From an uncultured delta proteobacterium (GTDB lineage: Bacteria > Myxococcota > UBA727 > VGSZ01), in the NCBI GenBank assembly GCA_963775425.1, contig CAVZJB010000004.1, positions 1 to 64,000 on the forward strand: 64,000 bases of DNA, written 5' to 3'. Shown here piece after piece: positions 18,852-27,478 of this stretch. Made by a program: the position numbers and the translations under genes. The number at the start of each line of letters is the position of its first letter. Position 1 is the first letter of the stretch. The notes under the pieces are model-generated. The model was not told where the DNA came from and did not search any database. It worked only from the letters and a program-made list of their open reading frames with translations.

Positions 18852-20549
18852 TCAATGAACCTTGATGTCCTCCTGTTCGAGCTTGTCCATGTGGGCGAGC
18901 CGAAGCGCGAGCAGATGCTCACACGGGCCCTGGGTCAACTGGTTGCTCTTGAAATGCTTGCAGGTGCAGTTGCCCTCGATGATGGCGCCGGCGACGTCGA
19001 CGTGGAGCTGCGGCCGCACCCGGTCGCCCTTGGTGCCGAGCACCGAGCCCGAGAGCTTGAACCCCGTCTGCACGGGGCGGCGCGCGATGATGCGCACGTT
19101 GTCGCTCTTGAAGATGATGCGCGCGGCCTTGGCGAAGGGGTTCTGCTCTTCGACCACCTCGCTCACCGCCTGCTGGGCTTCCTTCATGGTGAAGGAGTCG
19201 AAGAACAGGTCCCTGTGGCGCCAGACGCCCGCGCCGATGTCGAACATGGCGCGCCCGACCTGACACAGATACGACAGCGCGCTCCGCGTCTTTTCGATGC
19301 CGAGCCCGCTCTTGGCCGCGACGTCGACGTCGGTGGCGAAGCGCACCTGTTTGAGCGCGTCGTACGCGTGCATCAGGTCCGCGGGCGTACCGTCGAGCCG
19401 ACGGGTGAGCAGGTCGAACTTGGCGCCGCCGGCCCAGTCGTTGTCCGTCCAGCCCGAGAGCGCCAGCGTGAACGTGGTGTCTCCGAGGTCGACGTCGTAG
19501 ATGGACGGCATCCCGAGCCCGGCCACGAACACGCGCACCTTGCGCGCCACGGGCAACAGGCGAGACAGCGTCTTCAAGCGGTCGCGGCCCCAGGTGCGCA
19601 CGATGGTGTCCGGGCCGTCCCAGACCGTGCCGATCTCGACGGGGTACTCCCACGGCTCGAGCACCGCCCGCACGCGCCGGCCCTTCACGAGCTCCCAGCG
19701 CAGCGCCCGCGGCGACGTGCGCGTCTTCTTCCTGCGCAGGAAGCGGATGATGTTGAACAGATCGATGGGCGCCACCTCGAACGAGGTGAGGCCCATGGCC
19801 ATGGTGGATTGCACCTGATGGAAGCCGCGCACCCAGCTCTCGGGCAGCTCGATCTTCTTCTCCTTGTGCACGCCGCCGCCGGGGCCGCTCGTGGTCACCG
19901 TGAGGCCGCCGGGCGCGATGTCGAGGTCGGTCTTCCGATAGGTGCGGATGCGATCGAGCTGGCGCGCGAGCGCGTGCGAGAAGTCGATGTTGGTGGTGCC
20001 GCACTGGAACTGGTCGACGCGCGAAAACAGCGAGCGCCTGGCGCCGAGCCTCGCATAGGAGGATTCGTCCTTGCTGAACGCCTCGAAGAACACCTCGTCG
20101 GGGTGAACGGTGATGACGGGGTCGAAGAGGTAGTTGAGCTCGTACTGGTGCTCGTAGACGTACTCGAAGTAGCGGTGGCGCGCGGCGTAGAAGGGCTTCC
20201 TGCGCTGCGCGCGCAGCTTGTCGAGCTCCGCGAGCTTCTGCTCCACGCGCTCGAGCTCCTCCTTGGCCTGCACCGACTTCGCCTTCAACGACATCAGGAA
20301 CTTGCGGTCCTGGTCGGCGAGCCAGGTCTGGAACGCGACGCGGTCCTTGGCCTTGTACCGGAAGTCGCTGATGACGACGTGGTGGAGCGCGCCGAGCGCC
20401 TCGCGAAACACGAGCGGCCGCTGCAGCTCCGCCTTGAAGTACGTGGCCTCACGCAGCGTGTTGGTGGCGAAGCCCACCTTGCCCGTGGTGAGCCCCTGCT
20501 CCACCCCGGAGGCGCCGTCGTAGCTCGTCTTCAAGGTGTGGCCGCTCAT
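18852..20549 (-). CDS. SWIM zinc-finger protein (retron-associated)
   Basis: C-terminal CTC...PCEH (CxC-xn-CxH); start MSGHTLK overlaps the upstream stop (ATGA). Confidence 0.85.
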   Translation of the reverse strand: MSGHTLKTSYDGASGVEQGLTTGKVGFATNTLREATYFKAELQRPLVFREALGALHHVVISDFRYKAKDRVAFQTWLADQDRKFLMSLKAKSVQAKEELERVEQKLAELDKLRAQRRKPFYAARHRYFEYVYEHQYELNYLFDPVITVHPDEVFFEAFSKDESSYARLGARRSLFSRVDQFQCGTTNIDFSHALARQLDRIRTYRKTDLDIAPGGLTVTTSGPGGGVHKEKKIELPESWVRGFHQVQSTMAMGLTSFEVAPIDLFNIIRFLRRKKTRTSPRALRWELVKGRRVRAVLEPWEYPVEIGTVWDGPDTIVRTWGRDRLKTLSRLLPVARKVRVFVAGLGMPSIYDVDLGDTTFTLALSGWTDNDWAGGAKFDLLTRRLDGTPADLMHAYDALKQVRFATDVDVAAKSGLGIEKTRSALSYLCQVGRAMFDIGAGVWRHRDLFFDSFTMKEAQQAVSEVVEEQNPFAKAARIIFKSDNVRIIARRPVQTGFKLSGSVLGTKGDRVRPQLHVDVAGAIIEGNCTCKHFKSNQLTQGPCEHLLALRLAHMDKLEQEDIKVH

Positions 20550-23176
20550 GCGGCCTCCTTGACGACGAGGTGCGGCACCTCGACGGACGGGAAGGCCAGC
20601 TTGATCTTCACCAGCGCCTCGAGCGCGCGCTCGCGGTCGTCGACGCACTGGGTGCGCACGAAGTCCGAGAGGACCTGCGCCGCCACCCCGGCCTGGTTCT
20701 CGTCCTGCTGCCCGCGCTCCCCGAGGAACGCGATGACCGTGCGCTTCACCTGACGCTCGGGCCACACATCGAAGAGCGCCGCGCGGAACAGCAGCTCGAG
20801 CTTGGCGAGCCGCACGAAGCCGGGCTTCAGGTGCTTGACGGCCATGTCCACCGCGTACCTGCGGGTCACCGGCGACGGGTGCTGCCCGAGCCGCGCCAGC
20901 AGCTCGTGCACGTCGACGGCCTCGGCGGCGATGGCGCGCTCGAGGATCTCGTGTGCCTTCTTCTGGACGTCGACGCGGGTGGAGTCGGCGAGGCCCATGA
21001 GCCCGTCGAGGCCGAGCGGCAGGAGGTCGACGCCGTCGATGAGCTTCAACGCCTCCGCGCGCACGTCGTCCCAATCGCTCTCGACGAGCCCGAACAGCAC
21101 CGAAGGATCGCGCTGGAGCTCGGCGCGGGCGCTCTCGAGGAGCGTCATGGCCGCCCGGCGCACGGCGGCCTTTTCGTGTGTGGCGAGCGCGAGCACCTGG
21201 GAGAGGCCGAGCACGTCGTACGCGCCTGGCTTCTTGGCGAGGATGGACGCGCCGACGGCGATGGCGGAGTCGCTCTCGGCGCCGACGAGCGCGATGGCGC
21301 GGGAGATGGGGCACGCCGCGGCGGCCTCGTCGAGGAGCCCCTCGCGAAGGACCGCGGCGAAGCCGGAGAACGCGCTCTCCTCGGGCTCCTTGTGCTCGAC
21401 GCGGTCGAGCAGCTCGCCCGCGAGGCGGCGGCGCTCGTCGGCCTCCAGCATCTTGACGGAGAGGTTCACGAGGCGGGCGGCGGCGTCGCGCGAGGCCGGT
21501 TGCGGCATCGAGAGGAAGCGGAGGATCCACTCGCGCCGCCGGGTCCACACGTGCGCGCTCTCGTTGAGCCACACGAGGCCGTGGTTGCGTACGAGGTCCT
21601 TCTGCGAGCCGGCGAGCTCGAGGACGAGGTCGAGGTCGGGCTGGTTGGGATCGAAGCGCCGACGCAGCTCCGTGAGGCCGAGGTCGACGATGCGCGCGTC
21701 GTCGCTGTCGAGGAGCGCCGCCACGTCGGCGTGCGTCGCCGCCTGCAGGGCCTCGGGGTGGCGCGTGACGCCTTCGAGGGCGAAGCGCTGCACGAGCGAG
21801 TGCCGCGCGCCGCCGAGGAGCCGCACGAACGCGCGCGGCGTGCGGTCCCAGAGCTCGGCGTAGGGCGCGTCCCCTCCAGACGACGGCGCGAGCGCGGGCG
21901 CGGCGCCCTTCAGCTTGGGCTTGTTCTTGAACCGCATCTGGCGGCCGTCGAACGTGTACTTGTTCGACGCGCCGAACAGCACGCGGTGCAGCATGTAGCT
22001 GCGGCCCGTGGCGGGCGAGTTTCCCTTGATGACGTCGTCACCGTCCTTGTAGTGGACGACGGCCTCGGCCGCGGCGAGCGCGTACTCCTCGGGGCGGTGC
22101 TTGGCCAACCGGCGCAGCCAGCGCCAGGCGCGGCGGCGCACGTAGTCGACGGTGGAGCGGGAGAAGACGCGGGTCTTCTTGGTCTCGCCGTCGTAGCCGC
22201 TCTTGAGCGTGGCAGTGTGGGCCTTCTGTGTGCGGGCCGCGATCTCGATGCAGTAGGAGAGCAGCCCGAACGTGGCGTAGTCGCGCCGCACCTGCGCGCG
22301 CTTCCACACGCTCTTGGTGTAGCGCCAGGTGTACGGCTGGTGCAGCGCGGCCGTCGTCAACATCGCCAGCGCCGCCTCGACGCACGGCGAGCGCGCCGCG
22401 AGCGCGCCGATGTCGACGGGGGACGGCGGCTTGCCCGCCGCGGCGTCGACGGTGCCTGCTGGGCCCGGCAGGGCGAGGAAGGTCTGCACGGCGCCGAGCT
22501 CGTAGAGGGTGTCGGCCGTGATGCCGCGGTCGCGGGCGTCCACGCCGGCGGTCGCGTTGATGATCGTCGACGCCGCCGCCGTCACCGCCGACCGCACGGC
22601 GTCGGGCAACCGCTGCACCGCGCGGTCGCGCGCCCCCTCGAGCGCCTCCCGCAGCGTGACGTCCCCGGGCGCGCGCGCGCCGATCTGCAAGAGCGCCTCG
22701 ACGCCCGCACGCCGGCGCGACAGCAGCTTGCGCTCGGCCTCCGCGCGCACCGCGGGCAGCGCGCGCACGTCGCCGAGAGCGCCGAGCGCGTCGACGACGC
22801 TCGAGACGTCGTCCTTGGGCTTGTCGAGGAGCTGCAAGAGCGGCTCGACCGCCGACGCCTCCCCGCGCCAGCCGATGCGCCGCTCCGCTCTCGCCCGCGT
22901 GCGCGGGTTCTTCTCCTTTAGCGCGAGCAGCAGTTGGCCGAGACCGCCGGCGACGTAGCCCTCGCCGAAGAGGCCGTCGACGATGGACTTGTGCGCGAGC
23001 GCGACCTCTTCGGCCGAGAACGGCCCGAACATCCGGGCGTCGGTGAGCGCGGTCCGCTTCTTTCCCCGTGCGACCTGCACCATGAAGGCGCCGGGCTGCC
23101 CGCTGGCGGGCTCCACGGTCACGAGCGCGATGCGCTCGGGCCTGGAGGGGTGAAAGAGGCGGACGGGATCGATCAT
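20546..23176 (-). CDS. HEAT/ARM-repeat protein with degenerate N-terminal WGR-like domain
   Basis: Repeats such as ALGALGDVRALP, VRRAA, DDVRAEA; N-terminal FMVQVARGK...EGY; ATGA overlaps on both sides. Confidence 0.8.
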   Translation of the reverse strand: MIDPVRLFHPSRPERIALVTVEPASGQPGAFMVQVARGKKRTALTDARMFGPFSAEEVALAHKSIVDGLFGEGYVAGGLGQLLLALKEKNPRTRARAERRIGWRGEASAVEPLLQLLDKPKDDVSSVVDALGALGDVRALPAVRAEAERKLLSRRRAGVEALLQIGARAPGDVTLREALEGARDRAVQRLPDAVRSAVTAAASTIINATAGVDARDRGITADTLYELGAVQTFLALPGPAGTVDAAAGKPPSPVDIGALAARSPCVEAALAMLTTAALHQPYTWRYTKSVWKRAQVRRDYATFGLLSYCIEIAARTQKAHTATLKSGYDGETKKTRVFSRSTVDYVRRRAWRWLRRLAKHRPEEYALAAAEAVVHYKDGDDVIKGNSPATGRSYMLHRVLFGASNKYTFDGRQMRFKNKPKLKGAAPALAPSSGGDAPYAELWDRTPRAFVRLLGGARHSLVQRFALEGVTRHPEALQAATHADVAALLDSDDARIVDLGLTELRRRFDPNQPDLDLVLELAGSQKDLVRNHGLVWLNESAHVWTRRREWILRFLSMPQPASRDAAARLVNLSVKMLEADERRRLAGELLDRVEHKEPEESAFSGFAAVLREGLLDEAAAACPISRAIALVGAESDSAIAVGASILAKKPGAYDVLGLSQVLALATHEKAAVRRAAMTLLESARAELQRDPSVLFGLVESDWDDVRAEALKLIDGVDLLPLGLDGLMGLADSTRVDVQKKAHEILERAIAAEAVDVHELLARLGQHPSPVTRRYAVDMAVKHLKPGFVRLAKLELLFRAALFDVWPERQVKRTVIAFLGERGQQDENQAGVAAQVLSDFVRTQCVDDRERALEALVKIKLAFPSVEVPHLVVKEAA

Positions 23177-23895
23177 TCTTCGTCGTCGAAGTCGTCCGCG
23201 TCGTCGTCCGACAGCGGCGTGGGCGCGGGCGCGTTGATGGCGGCGGTGGCGGCGGCGATCTTCTGCTTGCCGGCGTCGCTCTTCATGGTGTCGCCGAACT
23301 CACCGAGGTCGCCGAGGATCTCTTCGAGCGCTTTGCGCATCTCGGCGTAGTCCGTGAACTCCTTCTCGCGGAACAGGTTGTAGGCCGTCCACATCAGGTC
23401 CGCGCAGATCTCCACCGGCGTCTTGCCCGTGGCCGCGCCGAGGCCCGGCAGCGCCACCGAGCGGATCTGCCCGCCGTGCTGCGCGTTGTACATGTGCACC
23501 GCCTGAAACGCCGCACAGCACGCGAGCGCGACGTTGAGCGTGTTGCTGACGTCGTCACTGGAGCCCATCATGGTGGGCGTGGAGATCAGGAAGCGCGGCA
23601 TATCCGCACCCGTCTCCACGCACGTGGCCGTACCGACCTTCATGGTGCCGCCGTAGAGGCTCTTCACCTCGGCCTGCACCTTCTTTTCAATCTGCACGCC
23701 GAGCTGCCGCTTGATGACGGCGTCGAGCCCGCCGTCCATGGACGCCTTGGCGTTGGTGGGCGTCACCCACGCGCCCACCTGCTGCTCGAGCATGGAGCCC
23801 TGGATGATGTCCACCTCGGGGTTCTCTTCGAACGTCTCGCGCCAGGCCGCGATCATCTTCGGGTTGATGTCCACCAACGCCACACGCACCAACAT
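23173..23895 (-). CDS. Macrodomain (Appr-1''-p processing) protein
   Basis: VTPTNA.ASMDGGLD, ISTPTM and VALPGLGAATG macrodomain motifs; AAGGAG RBS; acidic tail. Confidence 0.85.
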   Translation of the reverse strand: MLVRVALVDINPKMIAAWRETFEENPEVDIIQGSMLEQQVGAWVTPTNAKASMDGGLDAVIKRQLGVQIEKKVQAEVKSLYGGTMKVGTATCVETGADMPRFLISTPTMMGSSDDVSNTLNVALACCAAFQAVHMYNAQHGGQIRSVALPGLGAATGKTPVEICADLMWTAYNLFREKEFTDYAEMRKALEEILGDLGEFGDTMKSDAGKQKIAAATAAINAPAPTPLSDDDADDFDDEE

Positions 23896-23907
23896 GACGG
23901 GCTCCTT

Positions 23908-25326
23908 CTACGCCTTGAACTCGACGAGATACTCGAGGCGCTGCTGGTTCTGCCGATAGATCACGTACTCGTCGTCCTCGAACTGCGACGGCAGGCCCTT
24001 GCGGTTGCGCAGGCCGTGGCACGAGTCGTAGCCGGGCGGCGGCTCGTTCAAGCCGTACGTGATCTTGGTGAACTCCTTCATGTTGCCGAGCCCCACGCGG
24101 GCGATGGCCATGAAGCGCGTCCGCTTGCTCCCCGGCGTCGTGTAGAACGCCGACGTGCACGACGCGTCGCCGAAGTAGATGCCGTTGCCGAGCCAGCCGG
24201 CGTCGGTGCGGTTCACGCCCATCGACACCACGATCTTCGGCATCAGGATCCCGCGCGACAGGATGCCCACCCAGTTCTTGATGCGCGAGCCGTGGAACAT
24301 CATCTTCTCGTTGCCGACCTTGGTGTCGAACGCGTCCCACTCCGCGGGGCGCTTCAGCTTGAAGACGTTCAGCACCTTGATGTTCTTCGACTTCACCTGG
24401 TGGCCGACGACGTAGTCGGCCCACTCGTCGCGCTCGGCCTTGCCGCACTCGACGAGCTCGCAGCCGAGCGCCTTGTACTGGTCGTCCACCTGGTTGTTGA
24501 ACAAGACGGAGCCCTGCTCGCCGTTCACCGCGAGCATGTCCTTCATGAGCTGAAGCGTCTCCTGCTTGGCCGCGATCTCGGCGAGGGTGTCGATGACGGC
24601 GGCGGCGATGGCGTCACGCGTGCGGCCGATGCGGTGCGGGACGGCGGTGTAGAAGTCACCGGACAGGTCCTCGAGGCGCGACTTGGACGCGCTCTTCTTC
24701 ACCGCGTCGTTGATCTCCTCGAGGATCTCCTCGCCCTTCTCCACCTGCCCGACGGTGAGCACGCCGAGCGGCGTCTCGATGCCGTTGGCGGTGATCTTGG
24801 CGGCGACGGTGGTGGTGAGCGCGTTGGTGGCCTCGGCATAGATGTACTTGACGAGCTCCTGGACGCCGCCGGGCAGCGCGCTCGGCGCCGACGCCTTGGG
24901 CGCGGCGGCCTTTTCGTCGGGGGCCATCTTGGCCACGGTCTTGTCGTCGACGTGGCCCGACGAGCTCCCGCGCGCCTTCTGCGAGCCGATCTTCGACGAC
25001 GCCAGCGCCACCTCCTTGTAGCCCTTGGAGCGGCCGGTCTTCTCCCGATAGATGCGGTCGTACTCGGCCTGCGCGGCGGCGAGGTGGGCGAAGTAGCGCG
25101 ACTCCTTGGCGCCCGCGTTGGGGTCGTGCTCGAGGTCGTCGGTGCGGCCGTAGTGCGTGAACACGCGGAAGCTGGCGCCGGCGGAGTGCAGCTCGATGCC
25201 GTAGTACTTGTTGTTGTTGTTCTTGATGTCGGTGACCTGAAGCACGGCGCGCTTCACGATCTCGAAGTCATCCGGGAACGACGGCTGCGCCGGATCGTTG
25301 ATTCGCCACGCTTTCGCTCCCGCCAT
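23908..25326 (-). CDS. PARP-like ADP-ribosyltransferase (WGR - regulatory helical - catalytic)
   Basis: NNNKYY..HYGR (WGR), LSGDFYTAVPH (regulatory domain), FHGS / GIYFG / DEYVIY (H-Y-E triad); ATG 25326 with GAGGAGG RBS. Confidence 0.92.
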   Translation of the reverse strand: MAGAKAWRINDPAQPSFPDDFEIVKRAVLQVTDIKNNNNKYYGIELHSAGASFRVFTHYGRTDDLEHDPNAGAKESRYFAHLAAAQAEYDRIYREKTGRSKGYKEVALASSKIGSQKARGSSSGHVDDKTVAKMAPDEKAAAPKASAPSALPGGVQELVKYIYAEATNALTTTVAAKITANGIETPLGVLTVGQVEKGEEILEEINDAVKKSASKSRLEDLSGDFYTAVPHRIGRTRDAIAAAVIDTLAEIAAKQETLQLMKDMLAVNGEQGSVLFNNQVDDQYKALGCELVECGKAERDEWADYVVGHQVKSKNIKVLNVFKLKRPAEWDAFDTKVGNEKMMFHGSRIKNWVGILSRGILMPKIVVSMGVNRTDAGWLGNGIYFGDASCTSAFYTTPGSKRTRFMAIARVGLGNMKEFTKITYGLNEPPPGYDSCHGLRNRKGLPSQFEDDEYVIYRQNQQRLEYLVEFKA

Positions 25327-25441
25327 GCCCGCCTCCTCGTGCGCTGAGCGGCGGACGCTACGCCCGAGCGCGTCGTCGAGGCAACGGACCTCGAGGCGAC
25401 CCGTGCCGGCGGTCACGACGTGGCCGTAACGAGCCGAATGA

Positions 25442-25966
25442 TCAGGAGAAGACGGCGGGGAGGAACCAGCGGGCGTGGGTCAGGCCGGCGATGGTCTTGG
25501 CGTCGTGGATCTCGCCGTTGGCGACCATGCGCATGCAGTCGTCGTAGCGGAACGCCCTCACGTCGGTGATCACCTCATCCTCGTCCGGCTTCTTCTTCGC
25601 GGGCGACAGCTCGCGAGCGATGAAGATGTGGATCTTCTCGTCGCAGAAGCCGGGCGTGGTGAAGATGAAGCCCGCGTGCTCGAGGCGGCCGGCCTCGACG
25701 CCGGCCTCCTCGACGAGCTCGCGGCGCGCACACTGCTCCGGCGTCTCGCCCGCGTTCAGCGTGCCGGCCGGGCACTCCCACAGCCAACCGCCTGCGCAGT
25801 GGCGCCACTGCTTGATGAGCGTGACGCGGTCGCGGTCCATCGGCACGATGAGCGAGGCGCCGGGGTGCTTGATGACGTCGAGCGTGACCGTCAGCCCTGA
25901 CGGCAACGTCACCTCCTCGGTGCCGACGTCGATGACCCGTCCTTGAAAGATGTGCTTGCGTGTCAT
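25442..25966 (-). CDS. Nudix hydrolase, ADP-ribose pyrophosphatase (NudF)-like
   Basis: Nudix box GTLNAGETPEQCARRELVEEAG, HPGA, TPGFCDE, IHDAKT; start MTRKH overlaps the upstream stop. Confidence 0.88.
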   Translation of the reverse strand: MTRKHIFQGRVIDVGTEEVTLPSGLTVTLDVIKHPGASLIVPMDRDRVTLIKQWRHCAGGWLWECPAGTLNAGETPEQCARRELVEEAGVEAGRLEHAGFIFTTPGFCDEKIHIFIARELSPAKKKPDEDEVITDVRAFRYDDCMRMVANGEIHDAKTIAGLTHARWFLPAVFS

Positions 25967-26439
25967 CCGCAGAGCTCCCCCATTTCCTCGAGGCCGACCA
26001 CCGTACCCACGAAAGGCGCCTCCATGTCGACGAAGCGCATCAGGTTCATTCCCGTGCCGATGATCGGCCACGCCGGGTGCGGCGCCGTGAGCATGTGCGA
26101 GCGATCGGACGCGAACGTCTCGACGTAGGTGGCGGCGTCGACGACGCGGAAGCGGGGTGGCTCGGCCAGGGGCGGGAAGCTCTCGTCGAGCCACGTGCGC
26201 GCGGGCACGGGAAAGCCGAGCGTGGTGTCGAGATCCCACACGACGCCGGGCGTGATGAGGACGACGTGGTAGTCCCAGAAGATCACCCCGCCCCGCCCCG
26301 CCTGCTGGTGGCGCATCGCCACCCGCCGCGCCGGGTTGGACACGAAGACCACGCGCCGTCTCTCCTTCGGCACCCGGACGGAGGCGTCCTGGCACAGGTG
26401 CCACACGTTCTCCTCGCAGAAACAGGCGCAGTAGCGCAT
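25963..26439 (-). CDS. Protein N-terminal glutamine amidohydrolase (NTAQ1)-like
   Basis: CEENVW, WDYHV, DLDT, FASDRSHM motifs (Cys-His-Asp triad); GGAGGAG RBS. Confidence 0.8.
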   Translation of the reverse strand: MRYCACFCEENVWHLCQDASVRVPKERRRVVFVSNPARRVAMRHQQAGRGGVIFWDYHVVLITPGVVWDLDTTLGFPVPARTWLDESFPPLAEPPRFRVVDAATYVETFASDRSHMLTAPHPAWPIIGTGMNLMRFVDMEAPFVGTVVGLEEMGELCG

Positions 26440-26471
26440 CGCTCCTCCATTCTGGTGTAAACCAGGGGTTC

Positions 26472-27446
26472 ATGGCGACGAGGCGATCCTTCGACGACTC
26501 CGACGAGGAGGAGGAGGCAACGGCGATCGATCTGCGATCGACCAGCCAGGCCATCAAGCGATCCATCTCCGCCAAGCCGGGTCGCGCGCCCGCGCGCAGC
26601 CCCGAGCCCAGGAGCCGCGCCTCGTCGGAGCGGCTGCACCAAAGCGAGGAGCACGACGAGGAGGCCACCGAGTTCCTCTCGCCGCGCCCGGCGTCCGTGC
26701 GCTCCTCGCAGGGCGACGGCGTCCCGTCGTCGCTGCGCGCCCGCGGTCGCGCGGTGCCGCTCGAGGCGGACGAGGACCCCGCGCCGTCTCGCGGGGACAA
26801 GCGCGGCGAGGCCGGCACCATCACGGACCCGGAGGTGGTCCCCGCGGCGCTGCCGCAGCGCACGCCGCGCCCGCTGCCCCCTCGCATCGTGAGCGACATG
26901 AAGAGCGAGACCCAGACCGGCAGCTCCACCGGCGGCGGTCAGAAGTCTTCGCCGCGCATCACGCGCATCTTCGTGGACCCGGACGCCACACACCGGCAGA
27001 TCGTCGACGACGACGACGCCGTCTCGCAGACCGATCCCGGCGACGGCGAGCCCACCGATCCCCCGCGGCCGCGCCCGCTGCCGCCCGCGGGCAAGCCGCC
27101 GACCATCGCCGCGGTCTCGTTGCCGAGCGGCGAGACCAGCGGCAAGAACCCACATCACCGCCGGGCGAAGACGGAGCGCACGCGCACCAACCCGTCGTCG
27201 GAGACGCTCGAGGCCGAGCCCGCCGACGGCACCCTCATCGTCGAGGTGCCCGACGGCGCCGTCGTCTTCATCGACGGCCTCGAGCGCGGCACCGGCCCTT
27301 CGCTGCGGGTCAAAGAGATCGACCGCTACGCCAAGCACGCCGTGCGCATCCACTGCCCCGGCTATCTCCCCTGGAGCGGCAGCGTCTGTCTCGAGGGCCG
27401 CACCGCCGCCAAGATCCGCCCCGGGCTGAAGAAGCGCCCCTCGTAG
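26472..27446 (+). CDS. Disordered protein with C-terminal PEGA-like domain
   Basis: Low-complexity P/S/D/E N-terminus; PDGAVVFIDG...G...PGY.PW at the C-terminus. Confidence 0.65.
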   Translation: MATRRSFDDSDEEEEATAIDLRSTSQAIKRSISAKPGRAPARSPEPRSRASSERLHQSEEHDEEATEFLSPRPASVRSSQGDGVPSSLRARGRAVPLEADEDPAPSRGDKRGEAGTITDPEVVPAALPQRTPRPLPPRIVSDMKSETQTGSSTGGGQKSSPRITRIFVDPDATHRQIVDDDDAVSQTDPGDGEPTDPPRPRPLPPAGKPPTIAAVSLPSGETSGKNPHHRRAKTERTRTNPSSETLEAEPADGTLIVEVPDGAVVFIDGLERGTGPSLRVKEIDRYAKHAVRIHCPGYLPWSGSVCLEGRTAAKIRPGLKKRPS

Positions 27447-27478
27447 GCCTCGCGCTTCCGTTGCCGTGGGGCGCGCGC

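Noticed and set aside
18852-21572. 906-aa ORF as a single protein
   Set aside because: The first 341 aa are an Arg-rich shadow frame over the HEAT gene; the real start is at 20549 (ATGA coupling)
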